Source of the DNA: Thermodesulfovibrionia bacterium | GTDB lineage: Bacteria; Nitrospirota; Thermodesulfovibrionia; UBA6902 | Assembly: GCA_038918635.1 (NCBI GenBank) | Contig: JBCKZY010000004.1 | Location: forward strand, 1-46,452 | Reading direction: 5' to 3' | DNA: 46,452 bases | In this document: in pieces, positions 34,593 through 46,439 of the stretch | Numbering within the stretch: position 1 is the first letter of the stretch | How the letters are laid out: every line of letters starts with the position of its first letter | Position numbers and translations under genes: made by a program | The notes under the pieces: model-generated | Database searches by the model: none | What the model saw: the letters and a program-made list of their open reading frames with translations, nothing else | Told to the model about the DNA's origin: nothing

Positions 34593-37166
34593 ATGATAAA
34601 AAATGCTCTCACAAGCACGGTTGTCGCTTTTTATTTAATTATTAATATATTAATTAGATTAGATGTCTTTACCCACAGTCTATTTCATACAATCCTGTTT
34701 ATATCTGCGATAATGTGCTGTATACTCGTTATCTTATACCCTAAAAACCTTAAGGCTTTATTATTTATTTTTGGTGGAAGTTTTATCTTTTACGGGTTTC
34801 ATTCCAATTCAATATACAGCCATACATTCGAACTTCTGCTCACCCTCATTACGCTAACATTTCTTATTTTAAACTTAAAAGAGAATTCCTCTGGAAGGAA
34901 TAACAGACAACTCGTATCTTTACTCTTTCTTTATGTAACGCTATCAACACTCTCATTATTTATACTGCCGCTGGAGTATATAACCAAAACTTATTCACTT
35001 TTAGGGCTAAAGAGCTTTGCAACCTCATTAACTCATGCAGGTGCAGGTTCGTATCTTTACCCGATTGCAGGTGTTAACAGATTGATTCTCTTTTTCCTCT
35101 TTATCACTCAGATGTCAAGTCTTTCCGATTGCAAGGATACTTACAAGTCACTTTTTACAGGAATACTTTACGGTGCCGTTATTTCAGTGATATTGGGTTT
35201 ACTGGATTATTATTCTATTATATCTTTGTCAGGTTTCAGGACTTTAGACCCCAATGTAAATCCGTTAGGAATCCAGCTGCGCCTGCAATCTACTTTTGGA
35301 CATCCGGGCTGGTTTGCTGAATTTATAATTATCTCCATCCCTTTTCTCCTGATAGGTTTTTCAGGTGCAAAGAAAACATCTTCATGGAAGTTACTTCTAC
35401 TCGCTGTTTTATTCTTATGTGAGGTTGCTTTGATTCTCAGTAAATCAAGAGTAGTCTGGATCGCCTTTCCACCTACAGTATTCTTCTTCTGGCTGCTTTT
35501 TTATAAGTCAATGACCGATAAGCCAATATACTTTAAGATAAATCTAAAGGGTTTTATCAAAATAATGATTTCTGTATCAGTCACCATAGCGGCCGGTCTC
35601 ATCACCGCTTACCTGGTACTGGGGATAAAAGGCTTACCAGCACAGGACGTAGCAGCATATACTAATAAAAATATAATTACATTAGAAAAAGACAAGGGAG
35701 GCAAATTATCCGGGGAGCAAAAATCTGAAAGCTTTATGATAAGAAAAATTCCAAATCCTTTTAAATCAAATGACTTAGTAAGGCTCAACAGTTTAGTTAT
35801 GAAAAGGCAGAATATTTTGGAAAGCCTGAATTCTCGTGCAGGTGTAATATGGATGCAGGGGATAGATGTCGGAACTGAAAGCCCTTTTTTTGGATCAGGG
35901 TATGAATCTTATCGCTGGCATACAAACATTCTCAGCAGAATACCTGAATTTGTATCTGCCAGAGAAATTCGTCAAACACTGGATACCCCTCACAGTTTCT
36001 TTATTCAACTTTTTGTAAGCGGTGGCTTAGTTGGCCTTTTCCTGTGGATTATTATCATGGCTTATGTCGTTATGTTACTGCTGAAAGACTTTAAACAGGA
36101 AAAGACGTATATAAATATTATAGTGATACTTTCAATTGTAAGCTTTCATCTTTATGGCATATTTCAAAGTATGCAGTACATACCGGTAATCTGGCTGCTC
36201 ATATTTCTGAATATCGGTTACGCAATGACGATAAGTAATGAAACTCTGTCTGCCAGACAAAGAAGGTTTTGGAGAATAATTATTAAGATATGCATAGTAA
36301 TGATAATTATAAGCGGATTTGTATATGTTATGTACCCGGCCTCTGAAAAGATAAGCAGTAAATACGGCTTAAAGACATACGCGGTAGAACAGGACCGTTA
36401 TAACTATATTGGCTTTTTCAGACCTGAGAAATGGAATACAGGGATATACAGATGGGGAAGGAAGGAAGGTATTGTAGTCCTCAACAGACACGGTATTGTT
36501 GAACTCTCGTTTCATGCCAGCCACCCTGATATTAAAGAAAACCCTGTTATATTAAATATTCTCTTAAATAAAGAACCATTAGATAAGGTGACTTTTACAA
36601 AGCCGGGAACTATTACAAAGAAATACTTTATACCAGATTCATCCAGCAATATACAGGAGCTGTTCTTCGAAGTCTCAAGAACATGGAATCCCTACAAAAA
36701 TGGAATGAGTAATGATAATCGCGATCTGGGAATCGCGGTAAGTGAAATTAAATTCCTTGATGAAATGCCAGCAGATGGCATAGGGTTTTATCACTGGGAA
36801 ACATGGGGTGGGGGGGTCCCGGGATGGTCTGATAACCTGCCGGTAAAGTTCCGCTGGTCCGGGATGCGTGCTTCAATAAGTATAGAAAGCAGATTGAAAG
36901 AAGATTTTATTCTATTTCTATTATCCTCTCACCCGGATATTAATAAAAATCCGGTAAAAATCAAAATATTCGGTAATGATAGACTAATACGGGAAGCGGT
37001 ATTTACAGAAAGCATATGGAAAAAGGTTGTCCTTAAAAGAGATGAGATAAAAGACTCAAAAGTGTTAACTATTCAGGCGGACAGGACATGGAATCCAAGT
37101 TCAGCCGGCATCTCCGGGGATAACAGAGACCTTGGCGTCATTGTTGCCATACCTGAAACGCGGTAG
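34593..37166 (+). CDS. O-antigen ligase (WaaL/Wzy_C)-family membrane protein with two C-terminal beta-rich domains
   Basis: RLQSTFGHPGWFAEF, SKSRVVW, FFGSGYESY and TPHSFFIQLFVSGGLVG. Many TM segments and two DNRDLG-ending domains. Confidence 0.82.
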   Translation: MIKNALTSTVVAFYLIINILIRLDVFTHSLFHTILFISAIMCCILVILYPKNLKALLFIFGGSFIFYGFHSNSIYSHTFELLLTLITLTFLILNLKENSSGRNNRQLVSLLFLYVTLSTLSLFILPLEYITKTYSLLGLKSFATSLTHAGAGSYLYPIAGVNRLILFFLFITQMSSLSDCKDTYKSLFTGILYGAVISVILGLLDYYSIISLSGFRTLDPNVNPLGIQLRLQSTFGHPGWFAEFIIISIPFLLIGFSGAKKTSSWKLLLLAVLFLCEVALILSKSRVVWIAFPPTVFFFWLLFYKSMTDKPIYFKINLKGFIKIMISVSVTIAAGLITAYLVLGIKGLPAQDVAAYTNKNIITLEKDKGGKLSGEQKSESFMIRKIPNPFKSNDLVRLNSLVMKRQNILESLNSRAGVIWMQGIDVGTESPFFGSGYESYRWHTNILSRIPEFVSAREIRQTLDTPHSFFIQLFVSGGLVGLFLWIIIMAYVVMLLLKDFKQEKTYINIIVILSIVSFHLYGIFQSMQYIPVIWLLIFLNIGYAMTISNETLSARQRRFWRIIIKICIVMIIISGFVYVMYPASEKISSKYGLKTYAVEQDRYNYIGFFRPEKWNTGIYRWGRKEGIVVLNRHGIVELSFHASHPDIKENPVILNILLNKEPLDKVTFTKPGTITKKYFIPDSSSNIQELFFEVSRTWNPYKNGMSNDNRDLGIAVSEIKFLDEMPADGIGFYHWETWGGGVPGWSDNLPVKFRWSGMRASISIESRLKEDFILFLLSSHPDINKNPVKIKIFGNDRLIREAVFTESIWKKVVLKRDEIKDSKVLTIQADRTWNPSSAGISGDNRDLGVIVAIPETR

Positions 37167-37193
37167 GCGGTATATATAAACTTGTTCAAAAAT

Positions 37194-37366
37194 GGTCCGA
37201 GGGGTCTATGGGTCTAAGGAATTAATATTATTAAATAATCCTTGAATCCTCGAATCTCTGCCTCTACCTTAGGTTTACGACTCATTGAGCAGACAGGTGC
37301 CGACAAGTTTGATCATTTATTTTTTTTTGCTTATACCACTTGGACCCTTGAATCCTCGAATCCTTG
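37194..37366. repeat. Inverted octamer arrays (GGGTCYRA / TYGAATCC type) with no cargo gene
   Basis: GGTCCGA GGGGTCTA TGGGTCTA (37194-37217) faces CCTTGAAT CCTCGAAT (37240-37255). A further CTTGGAC CCTTGAAT CCTCGAAT lies at ~37339-37361. Confidence 0.6.
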
Positions 37367-37410
37367 TCGGAATCGACTCGTACCGAGAACCCTCTTCAAA
37401 TGAACTTATA

Positions 37411-37776
37411 TTACACCCCAATCAGTTTCTCAAGCGCCTTGAGCTGTTTTCTCTCGCCCATTGCGATAAGGGTGTCACCTTTTTTTATTTCGCTTGTTGA
37501 GGTTGGATTAAACTTCATATCCCCGGACGCTCTTTTTATCGCAACTATTATAATTCCAAGCTCTTTTCGTATGCCGCATTCATGCAGGCTTCGGCCTATA
37601 AGGTCGGATTTATCCTTTACCCTGATCTCTTCAATCTGCAGTTCAAGATTCGTGCTCTTTGTGGCAAACTCGATGAAATCAACGACCGCCGGCTTCAAGA
37701 TCGTATGCGCGATCCTTAATCCACCAATGTTATAGGGAGATATAACATTGTCAGCCCCGGCCCTGAGGATCTTCTT
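37411..37776 (-). pseudogene. 5'-truncated TrkA/potassium-channel gene (end of the RCK_N domain plus RCK_C/TrkA_C)
   Basis: The frame is open from the rpoC stop: KKILRAGADNVISPYNIGGLRIAHTILKPAVVDFIE...LIGRSL....IRKELGIIIVAIKR.SG...FNP....I..GD.LI.MG. The TM and NAD-binding parts are absent. Confidence 0.8.
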
Positions 37777-40700
37777 TTATTCTTCCTTCAACTTCACAAA
37801 TGTATCCTGGTACCTGGCCATGCCCGTACCTGCCGGTATAAGTCTACCCATAATGACGTTCTCTTTAAGCCCCCTGAGATTGTCCTGGGCACCGTTAATA
37901 GCCGCCTCTGTAAGGACCCTCGTGGTCTCCTGAAATGACGCCGCGGATATGAAGCTCTCGGTCGTCAGTGAAGCCTTGGTAATCCCCAGAAGTATAGGTT
38001 GCGCCTGAGCAGGCTTCCCTTTCTGTTTGTTTACCCTGTTGTTCTCTCTCTCAAAAACGAGCTTATCAATATTTTCACCGACCAGGAAGGTAGTATCCCC
38101 CGCGTCTTCAATCTTTACCTTCTTCATCATCTGCCTTACGATAACCTCGATATGTTTGTCGTTAATCGAAACCCCCTGGAGCCTGTAGACTTTCTGGACT
38201 TCATCCACAAGATATCTCTCCAGCTCTTTCGGACCAAGTATATCAAGTATGCTGTGCGGATTAATAGATCCGTCCATTAACGCCTCACCTGCCCTTACAA
38301 TATCATCCTCATGAACATTCAGATGTTTGCCCTTGGGTATAAGATATTCTCTTGAATCGGTCGCGCCCTTTACAACGACAACCCTCATCCCCTTACGAAA
38401 ACCCCTAAATTCAACAGTGCCGTCTATTTCACTTGCGATCGCCTGTTCCTTTGGCTTCCTCGCTTCGAACAGTTCAGCTACGCGTGGAAGTCCGCCGGTG
38501 ATATCCTTTGTCTTTGTAGTCTCTCTCGGAATCTTTGCTATTATGTCCCCGGGGTGTACAATAGCGCCTTTATCAACAAGCACATGAGAACCGGACGGCA
38601 GCAAATAACGGGCACGCTGGTTTGTGCTTGGAGACCTCAGAGTGGCTTTGCCGTGTTCGTCCTTTATCGAAACTCTGGGCCTCAGGTTCCCCGGATACTC
38701 TATTATGACCTTATGGGAAAGGCCTGTTACCTCATCAACTTCCTCCTTAATGGATACACCCTCGACCATGTCCCCAAGTGCTATCCTGCCTCCAACCTCG
38801 GTTACAATTGGGAAAGAATACGGGTCCCACTCGATCAATCGCTGCCCTGCCTCCACCTTCTGCCCGTTTTTAACCTTAAGCTTTGCTCCGTATATAACCA
38901 TGTATTTCTCTTTCTCTCTTCCCTTTGCGTCAACAATCGCTATACTGCCGTTACGCTTCATAACAACAAGAGAACCCTCTTTGTCCTTAACGGTTGGGAG
39001 ATCCATAAACTTGACCGAACCCTTGTTCTTTGCATCAAGGACGGATTGCACTGCCCACCTTGTAGCGGTTCCGCCAATATGGAAGGTTCTCATCGTAAGC
39101 TGCGTCCCCGGTTCTCCGATTGACTGGGCGGCTATTATCCCGACGGCCGCACCTATTTCAACCGGTTCCCCTCTTCCGAGATCCCTGCCGTAACAGTTCC
39201 GGCATACACCGTATTTTGATTCACACGTTAGAACCGACCGGATCTTAACACTGTCAATCCCAGCGCTTATTATCTCCTGTGACAGATCGTCATTTATCTC
39301 CTCTCCCTTTGAAACAAGCGTCTTATTAGTGATCGGATCCTTAATATTAACAGCGGCGATCCTTCCAAAAATCCTCTCTTCAAGCGGCTCTATGATCTCC
39401 CCGCTCTCAACGAGATTATTCACACTAATACCTTCATCAGTTCCACAATCTTCTTCCCTTATAATCACATCCTGAGTGACATCAACAAGCCTTCTGGTAA
39501 GATAACCGGAATTGGCTGTCTTTAATGCCGTATCCGCCAGTCCCTTACGTGCCCCATGAGTAGAGATAAAATACTGGAGCGGGGTCAGCCCTTCCCTGAA
39601 GTTTGCGGTAATCGGTGTCTCTATTATCTCTCCGGAAGGCTTTGCCATAAGGCCTCTCATCCCGGCAAGCTGTCTGATCTGTGCTGTAGAGCCCCTTGCC
39701 CCTGAATCGGCCATCATGAAAACATTATTAAAAGACCGGCGCTCAAGCAGCTCATCCTCCGTAATTTTATCAATATTCTCCAGTCCTTCAGCACCGAGTT
39801 CCTTCATCATCTCATCAGCGACATTCTCCGTAACCTGTGCCCATATGTCGACAACCTTGTTATACCTCTCACCGTTTGTAATAAGGCCCTCTGAGTACTG
39901 TTTCTGTACGTCAAGCACCTCGCGTTCGGCATCTCTTATCATCATATTCTTCTTTGCCGGTATGTGCATGTCATCTATACATATAGATGTGCCGGAGATT
40001 GTTGCGTATTCAAACCCGAGTTTCTCAAGATTATCAAGGAAAATAACTGTCGCTTTTTTCCCGATCTTCTTATAACAGTATTCCACGAGTTTTCCAACTA
40101 CTTTCTTGGTCATAATCTTATTTAGCATCGAAAACGGAAAGCCCTCAGGCGCCGCCTCGGCAAATATGATTCGTCCGGCTGTTGTATCAACATATGAGCC
40201 GTTAATCTTTACCTTTATAGCAGCGTGGACGTCCATATGACCGTTATCGTAGGCTACTCTCACAGACTCAGAGTTCTCATATCTCCCATTCAGACTTGCT
40301 AGTAGTCTCTTTTTGCCGTCTTTTATCTTTTCGAGTTCATCCTCGGATATCGCAGCACCCATGGCATTCTTCTTCTCTTTTGTCAGGTAGTAGAGACCAA
40401 GTATCATATCCTGCGTAGGGATCGCAACAGGTTTACCGCTGGCAGGATTAAGTATGTTATTTACGGACATCATAAGCACTCTCGCCTCTACCTGGGCCTC
40501 AATAGAAAGCGGCACATGGACCGCCATCTGATCCCCGTCAAAGTCCGCGTTAAATGCGGTACATACAAGTGGGTGAAGCCTTATGGCCTTGCCTTCAATA
40601 AGTACCGGGTCAAACGCCTGTATTCCCAGACGATGCAGGGTCGGTGCCCTGTTTAGCAGTACAGGATGTTCTTTGATTACTTCATCGAGACAATCCCAGA

Positions 40701-41922
40701 TCTCATCATCGCCGCGTTCAACCATCTTTTTAGCGGCCTTTATGGTTGTGACATAACCCTTCTCCTCAAGTTTGTTAAATACAAACGGCTTAAAGAGTTC
40801 GAGAGTCATGATTTTGGGAAGTCCGCACTGGTGAAGTTTCAGTTCCGGTCCGACAACAACCACTGAACGTCCTGAGTAATCAACCCTCTTACCAAGAAGG
40901 TTCTGCCTGAACCTGCCCTGTTTGCCTTTTATCATGTCGCTTAAAGATTTAAGCGGCCTTTTTGTAGCGGCTTTAAGGACCTTGCTTCTTCTGCCATTAT
41001 CAAAAAGGGCATCAACAGCCTCCTGGAGCATCCTCTTTTCATTGCGAATGATAACGCTGGGAGCCTTAAGTTCCATCAGCCTCTTTAGTCGGTAATTCCT
41101 GTTTATCACCCTTCTGTAGAGGTCATTCAGGTCCGAAGTGGCGAACCTTCCTCCCTCAAGCGGAACCAGAGGACGAAGGTCAGGAGGGAGAACAGGTAAA
41201 ACATCCAGTATCATCCATTCCGGTTTGTTCCCTGATTTTCTAAAGGCCTCCACAACTCTCAGTCTCTTTGTAAGCTTTCTCTTTACAGCAAGAGACGATG
41301 ACGCGTGGATCTTCGCCCTTAAGCTTTTGGCAGTCGAATCAAGGTCTAACTCCCTGAGGAGTTCCCTTACAGCCTCAGCCCCGATCCCGGCCTTAAAGCT
41401 GTCTCCATACTCCTGTGTATACTTCCTGTACTCTTCTTCACTCAAAAGCTCTGTCTTTTTAAGCTTCGTATCGCCGGGGTCAACCACAACATAGCTCTCA
41501 AAATAGAGCACCCTCTCAAGCTGACGCATCGTCATCTCAATAAGTGTCCCTATTCTTGACGGAATACCTTTAAGAAACCATATATGCGCGACAGGAGTAG
41601 CAAGTTCGATATGCCCCAGTCTTTCACGCCTTGCCTTAGACTGTATAACCTCAACACCACACTTATCACAAACCACTCCCCTGTGCTTCATCCTTTTGTA
41701 TTTACCGCAGATACACTCCCAGTCCTTGACCGGTCCGAATATTTTGGCGCAGAAAAGCCCGTCCCGTTCGGGTTTAAATGTCCTGTAATTAATCGTCTCG
41801 GGCTTCTTAACCTCACCGTAAGACCACGCCCTTATCTTTTCCGGAGAAGCAATTTTTATCCTTATTGCTTCATACTCCGTTGGATTTTTTGGTCTTTCAA
41901 AAATCGAATAAATATCTTCCAC
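37777..41922 (-). CDS. rpoC: DNA-directed RNA polymerase subunit beta'
   Basis: Zinc-binding CxCGKY..Cxx[21 protein letters not shown] catalytic loop, GARKG and QLTMRTFH. 1381 aa, GTG start after AGGGGG. Confidence 0.99.
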   Translation of the reverse strand: MEDIYSIFERPKNPTEYEAIRIKIASPEKIRAWSYGEVKKPETINYRTFKPERDGLFCAKIFGPVKDWECICGKYKRMKHRGVVCDKCGVEVIQSKARRERLGHIELATPVAHIWFLKGIPSRIGTLIEMTMRQLERVLYFESYVVVDPGDTKLKKTELLSEEEYRKYTQEYGDSFKAGIGAEAVRELLRELDLDSTAKSLRAKIHASSSLAVKRKLTKRLRVVEAFRKSGNKPEWMILDVLPVLPPDLRPLVPLEGGRFATSDLNDLYRRVINRNYRLKRLMELKAPSVIIRNEKRMLQEAVDALFDNGRRSKVLKAATKRPLKSLSDMIKGKQGRFRQNLLGKRVDYSGRSVVVVGPELKLHQCGLPKIMTLELFKPFVFNKLEEKGYVTTIKAAKKMVERGDDEIWDCLDEVIKEHPVLLNRAPTLHRLGIQAFDPVLIEGKAIRLHPLVCTAFNADFDGDQMAVHVPLSIEAQVEARVLMMSVNNILNPASGKPVAIPTQDMILGLYYLTKEKKNAMGAAISEDELEKIKDGKKRLLASLNGRYENSESVRVAYDNGHMDVHAAIKVKINGSYVDTTAGRIIFAEAAPEGFPFSMLNKIMTKKVVGKLVEYCYKKIGKKATVIFLDNLEKLGFEYATISGTSICIDDMHIPAKKNMMIRDAEREVLDVQKQYSEGLITNGERYNKVVDIWAQVTENVADEMMKELGAEGLENIDKITEDELLERRSFNNVFMMADSGARGSTAQIRQLAGMRGLMAKPSGEIIETPITANFREGLTPLQYFISTHGARKGLADTALKTANSGYLTRRLVDVTQDVIIREEDCGTDEGISVNNLVESGEIIEPLEERIFGRIAAVNIKDPITNKTLVSKGEEINDDLSQEIISAGIDSVKIRSVLTCESKYGVCRNCYGRDLGRGEPVEIGAAVGIIAAQSIGEPGTQLTMRTFHIGGTATRWAVQSVLDAKNKGSVKFMDLPTVKDKEGSLVVMKRNGSIAIVDAKGREKEKYMVIYGAKLKVKNGQKVEAGQRLIEWDPYSFPIVTEVGGRIALGDMVEGVSIKEEVDEVTGLSHKVIIEYPGNLRPRVSIKDEHGKATLRSPSTNQRARYLLPSGSHVLVDKGAIVHPGDIIAKIPRETTKTKDITGGLPRVAELFEARKPKEQAIASEIDGTVEFRGFRKGMRVVVVKGATDSREYLIPKGKHLNVHEDDIVRAGEALMDGSINPHSILDILGPKELERYLVDEVQKVYRLQGVSINDKHIEVIVRQMMKKVKIEDAGDTTFLVGENIDKLVFERENNRVNKQKGKPAQAQPILLGITKASLTTESFISAASFQETTRVLTEAAINGAQDNLRGLKENVIMGRLIPAGTGMARYQDTFVKLKEE

Positions 41923-42043
41923 TTATGTCGTCCCCCTATTAGAGTCGGTTTTCGATCTGAACTGATCAGGGTATAAACCCTGATCCAAGCATTCATTGTA
42001 CTTATTATTTATCATATAACTGAATCGGCCTTAACAGTGTTTA

Positions 42044-45000
42044 TTATTTTCTACCGGCCCCGCTTTTTACAGGAGACTTCTCCTCTATAAGTTCGACATC
42101 AAGCCCCAGGCTCTGAAGTTCTTTAATCAACACATGAAATGACTCAGGCACCCCGGGGGTAAGGTTCGCCTCACCCTTAATGATAGCCTCGTATACCCAG
42201 GCCCTGCCGGCTACATCGTCACTCTTGACCGTAAGAAATTCCTGCAATGTATTTGCAGCTCCGTAAGCCTCAAGAGCCCAGACCTCCATCTCTCCCAACC
42301 TCTGGCCGCCAAATTGTGCTTTTCCTCCAAGCGGCTGCTGTGTAACAAGCGAATAAGGCCCGATGGAACGGGCATGTATCTTATCCTCAACCAGATGGTG
42401 CAGTTTCAAAACATACATATATCCAACTGTGACCGGTTTATTGAAAGGCAATCCGGTCTTGCCGTTATGCAGGGTTATCTGTCCGCTTAACGGCAGGTTT
42501 GCCTCCTTCAGTAAATCCTTGATCTCAGCCTCTTTTGCGCCCTCAAATACAGGGGTTGAAACATGGATACCGAGCGTCTTTGCGGCCCATCCAAGATGTA
42601 TCTCAAGTATCTGGCCAACGTTCATTCTTGAAGGTACGCCAAGCGGGTTAAGGACTACATCAACAGGAGTTCCATCAGGCATATAGGGCATATCTTCTTC
42701 CGGTACAACGATAGATATAACACCTTTATTACCGTGTCTTCCCGCCATCTTATCTCCAACCTGGACCTTCCTCTTCATGGCGACATATACCTTTACAACC
42801 TTAAACACGCCGGGGGGCAGATCATCGCCCTTCTTTAATTTATCCTTCTTTTCATCATAGTAACTCCGAAGCTCCTTAACACGTTCAGCCTCTTCATTAT
42901 CTATCTGCTTAAGCTTTTCCTTCGCCTTTGAATCAGCTATCTTAATCTTGTTAAGTAATGAGTCAGGTATGCGGTCAAGTATAGCAGCCGTAATCTTCTT
43001 CTCTTTTTTACAGATAACCTCCCTGGTTTCGGGAAGCTTTATCGCGTCCGCTGCCTTCTTTTTAAGAATGATGTTTCTGATTTTCAGGAAACTGCTTTTC
43101 TTTATTATCTTTACTTTATCTTCAAAGTTCTTCTCAAGACGATTCAACTCATCATCTTTTATACTCTGTGTTCTCTTATCCTTGTTAACCCCTCTCCTTG
43201 CAAAAACCTTTGCATCCAGAACGGTTCCCTCAATACCTGGCGGAACATAGAGGCAATTCTCTCTAACCTCCTCAGCCTTCTCTCCAAATATTGCTCTCAG
43301 GAGTTTCTCTTCAGGGGTCAGCTGTGTTTCACTCTTAGGTGTTACCTTGCCAACAAGAATATCTCCGGGCTTGACATTTGCCCCGATCCTGATAATGCCG
43401 CTCTCATCCAGATCAGCTAAAGCCTCTTCACCTATGTTAGGGATATCTCTTGTGATATCCTCAGGGCCAAGTTTGGTTTCACGGGCCTCGATCATAAATT
43501 CCTCAATATGTATCGAAGTGAAAACATCATCCTTAACAAGACGCTCACTTATAACGATAGCGTCCTCAAAATTGTATCCTCCCCATGGCATGAAGGCAAC
43601 AAGGACATTTTTGCCAAGCGCGAGTTCTCCTTTATCCGTTGAAGTTCCATCAGCAATAACCTGTCCTTTCTTCACCTTTTCACCAACTTCTACCATAGGT
43701 TTCTGATTTATACAGGTCGCCTGATTGGATCTGTAGAATTTTATAAGATTATATAAATCCACCCCTCCATCGTCACACCCGACTATTATCCTGGATGAGT
43801 CAACTGACTCAACCACACCGGATCTCTTCGCCGTTATAATTACACCAGAGTCTCTCGCGGTAACAACCTCCATCCCGGTCCCTACAATCGGTGCCTCGGC
43901 ATTTAATAACGGGACCGCCTGTCTCTGCATATCAGAGCCCATTAATGCCCTGTTGGCATCATCATTTTCAAGAAACGGTATAAGGGAAGCTGAAAGGCTC
44001 ACTATCTGTTTTGGTGAAACATCTATATATTCAACTTCATCAGGGCTAACCATCCTGAAATCACCTTTTACCCTGACGGAAATAGCTTCCCCGGTGAGAT
44101 TTCCATTCTTATCAACAGGTGAAGTCGCCTCTGCAATTACCTTGCCCTCTCCGTCAATAGCTGAAAGGTGCTCTATCTCATCCGTAACTTTACCTTTTTT
44201 CACCTTTCTATAGGGTGTTTCAATAAAACCAAAATCATTAACCCTTGCGTACGTCGCGAGAGATGTTATTAGTCCAATGTTAGGTCCCTCCGGGGTTTCA
44301 ACAGGGCAGATACGGCCATAGTGGGTGGGGTGAACATCCCTGACCTCAAATCCAGCCCTCTCTCTTGTAAGGCCTCCGGGACCAAGAGCGCTAAGCCTCC
44401 TCTTGTGGGTTATCTCAGATAGTGGATTCGTCTGGTCCATAAACTGGCTTAACTGGCTTGAGCCGAAAAACTCTTTTATTACAGCGATAACGGGCTTTGC
44501 ATTGATAATCTCATGAGGCACCGCTGTCTCCAGTTCCGCCAGAGTCATCTTTTCTTTAATGGCCCGCTCCATTCTGACAAGTCCGATCCTGAACTGATTT
44601 TCAAGAAGTTCTCCGACGGTTCTTACCCTTCTGTTCCCGAGATGGTCAATGTCATCAACATCTCCTTTGCCTGATCTCAGGTCAAGGAGGTAACGGATTA
44701 TCTCAATAATATCCCTGTCTGTTAAAACCCTGGTCTCAAGGGGTACGTCAAGTCCAAGCCTTTTATTCAGCTTGAGCCTTCCCACGGTTGACAGGTCATA
44801 TCTCTTACTATCAAAGAATAGCCCCTCAAAAAGTTTCTTTGCATCAGCGATTGAAGGCGGTTCTCCAGGCCTGAGTTTCCTGTAAATCTCAACATAAGCC
44901 TCCTCCGCGTTAACGGCCTTATCCATAAGAAGCGTATCCCTCAGAGCAGGGAGGTACCTGACACCATCAATAAAAAGCAGTTGAATAGATGTCGATTTTA

Positions 45001-45970
45001 TGGACATTATCTTCTCTGCAATCTCCTCAGTAATACTTTCTTTGTTCTCCAGCAAAACCTCGCCGGTTTCCGGATCGATCAGATCAGCAAGCACTACCCT
45101 GCCAACAAGTTCCTCTTTATCTATAAAAATCTCCTTTATACCCGCTGCCTCCATCTTTTTAAGGGCTACCCTGGTGATTTTTGATCCTTCCTTTACTAGC
45201 TGCTCCTTTGTTTTTGTGTTAAAAATCCCTTTCAAAGCTTTTATACCGGCCAGCACACTACTTACGCCCCTGGTTGCTGTCCCCTTATTTATCTTTATCT
45301 CCTCAATAGGATAATAAAGCTTCAGGATCTGCTCATCTGAATATCCGAGGGCCTTAAGAATTATTGTTGCAGGCAACTTTTTTCTACGGTCAATGCGGAC
45401 AAAGAGCGCGTTTTTGGTATCAAACTCAAAATCAAACCATGACCCTCTGGCAGGAATTATTCGAGCGGAAAAAATGGCCTTACCCTTTTCGTGGCTAAAG
45501 AATACTCCAGGAGATCGATGAAGCTGGCTTACAACCACCCTCTCGGTACCGTTAATAACAAATGTGCCGGTATCGGTCATCAGCGGAAGCTCGCCCAGGT
45601 AGACCTCCTGCTCTCTGGATTCCTTTAATATCTTTCCCCCGGAATCACTCTTTTCCCACAAGTTAAGCTTCACTCTAATCTTGAGAGGAACCGCATAGTT
45701 GATGCCCTTTTCAAGACACTCCCTTATCTCATATTTGGGGGTCCCGAACATGTACTCCACAAACTCAAGAGATGAGGTCTCATTATAGTCGGTAACGGGG
45801 AAGACTGTTTTGAAAGCAGCCTGTAAGCCCCTGTCCTCTCTCTTCGCAGACAGGACATCCCTCTGCAGAAAACGATCATAAGAGTGTTTCTGAATCTCAA
45901 TCAGGTAAGGCACCTCAACTACAACAGGGGCCTTGCCAAAACTTCTTCTCTTTATTAATCTTCTCGCCAT
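42044..45970 (-). CDS. rpoB: DNA-directed RNA polymerase subunit beta
   Basis: [48 protein letters not shown] and [11 protein letters not shown]. Likely start is ATG 45970 (AGGGAG upstream) rather than 45991. Confidence 0.99.
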   Translation of the reverse strand: MARRLIKRRSFGKAPVVVEVPYLIEIQKHSYDRFLQRDVLSAKREDRGLQAAFKTVFPVTDYNETSSLEFVEYMFGTPKYEIRECLEKGINYAVPLKIRVKLNLWEKSDSGGKILKESREQEVYLGELPLMTDTGTFVINGTERVVVSQLHRSPGVFFSHEKGKAIFSARIIPARGSWFDFEFDTKNALFVRIDRRKKLPATIILKALGYSDEQILKLYYPIEEIKINKGTATRGVSSVLAGIKALKGIFNTKTKEQLVKEGSKITRVALKKMEAAGIKEIFIDKEELVGRVVLADLIDPETGEVLLENKESITEEIAEKIMSIKSTSIQLLFIDGVRYLPALRDTLLMDKAVNAEEAYVEIYRKLRPGEPPSIADAKKLFEGLFFDSKRYDLSTVGRLKLNKRLGLDVPLETRVLTDRDIIEIIRYLLDLRSGKGDVDDIDHLGNRRVRTVGELLENQFRIGLVRMERAIKEKMTLAELETAVPHEIINAKPVIAVIKEFFGSSQLSQFMDQTNPLSEITHKRRLSALGPGGLTRERAGFEVRDVHPTHYGRICPVETPEGPNIGLITSLATYARVNDFGFIETPYRKVKKGKVTDEIEHLSAIDGEGKVIAEATSPVDKNGNLTGEAISVRVKGDFRMVSPDEVEYIDVSPKQIVSLSASLIPFLENDDANRALMGSDMQRQAVPLLNAEAPIVGTGMEVVTARDSGVIITAKRSGVVESVDSSRIIVGCDDGGVDLYNLIKFYRSNQATCINQKPMVEVGEKVKKGQVIADGTSTDKGELALGKNVLVAFMPWGGYNFEDAIVISERLVKDDVFTSIHIEEFMIEARETKLGPEDITRDIPNIGEEALADLDESGIIRIGANVKPGDILVGKVTPKSETQLTPEEKLLRAIFGEKAEEVRENCLYVPPGIEGTVLDAKVFARRGVNKDKRTQSIKDDELNRLEKNFEDKVKIIKKSSFLKIRNIILKKKAADAIKLPETREVICKKEKKITAAILDRIPDSLLNKIKIADSKAKEKLKQIDNEEAERVKELRSYYDEKKDKLKKGDDLPPGVFKVVKVYVAMKRKVQVGDKMAGRHGNKGVISIVVPEEDMPYMPDGTPVDVVLNPLGVPSRMNVGQILEIHLGWAAKTLGIHVSTPVFEGAKEAEIKDLLKEANLPLSGQITLHNGKTGLPFNKPVTVGYMYVLKLHHLVEDKIHARSIGPYSLVTQQPLGGKAQFGGQRLGEMEVWALEAYGAANTLQEFLTVKSDDVAGRAWVYEAIIKGEANLTPGVPESFHVLIKELQSLGLDVELIEEKSPVKSGAGRK

Positions 45971-46058
45971 AACACTCCCTGTCCAGAACATAGAGACCGG
46001 ACTTCAAAGTACCATCCATTTAAAAAATCCCTTCCCCATGTTCTAATATCTAAATTAT

Positions 46059-46439
46059 TTACTTTAATTCTACAGTTGCTCCCTGTTCCTCGAGTTTAGC
46101 CTTCATCGATTCAGCCTCTTCCTTTGATACTCCTGTTTTAACAGCCTGCGGAGCGCCGTCAACAAGCTCTTTGGCTTCCTTAAGGCCAAGACTGGTCAAC
46201 TCCCTGACAGCCTTGATAACCTGTATCTTTTTGTCACCAATAGCTGAGAGTACGACATCAAAACTTGTCTTCTCTTCTACAGCCGCGGCACCTGCTGCGG
46301 CCGGAGCTGCTGCGGCAACTGCCATCGGAGCTGACGCGGTCACATCATACCTCACCTCAAAATCCTTGATAAACTCTGACATCTCAAGGATAGTCATCTT
46401 ATCAATAAACTCAAAAATCTGTTCCTTTGTAATAGACAT
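46059..46439 (-). CDS. rplL: 50S ribosomal protein L7/L12
   Basis: Ala-rich hinge, [17 protein letters not shown] and [18 protein letters not shown] Shine-Dalgarno. Confidence 0.99.
   Translation of the reverse strand: MSITKEQIFEFIDKMTILEMSEFIKDFEVRYDVTASAPMAVAAAAPAAAGAAAVEEKTSFDVVLSAIGDKKIQVIKAVRELTSLGLKEAKELVDGAPQAVKTGVSKEEAESMKAKLEEQGATVELK

Noticed and set aside
37160-37172. ops/JUMPstart element for the polysaccharide operon
   Set aside because: GGCGGTAT is an imperfect match and lies at the end of the locus, not in its leader.
37999-45314. Numerous plus-strand ORFs opposite rpoB/rpoC, including two of 189 aa
   Set aside because: Antisense shadows of highly conserved genes.
45971-46058. 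Attenuator/terminator between rplL and rpoB
   Set aside because: Only a weak 6-bp stem near the rpoB RBS with no U-tract, which is not enough to call.
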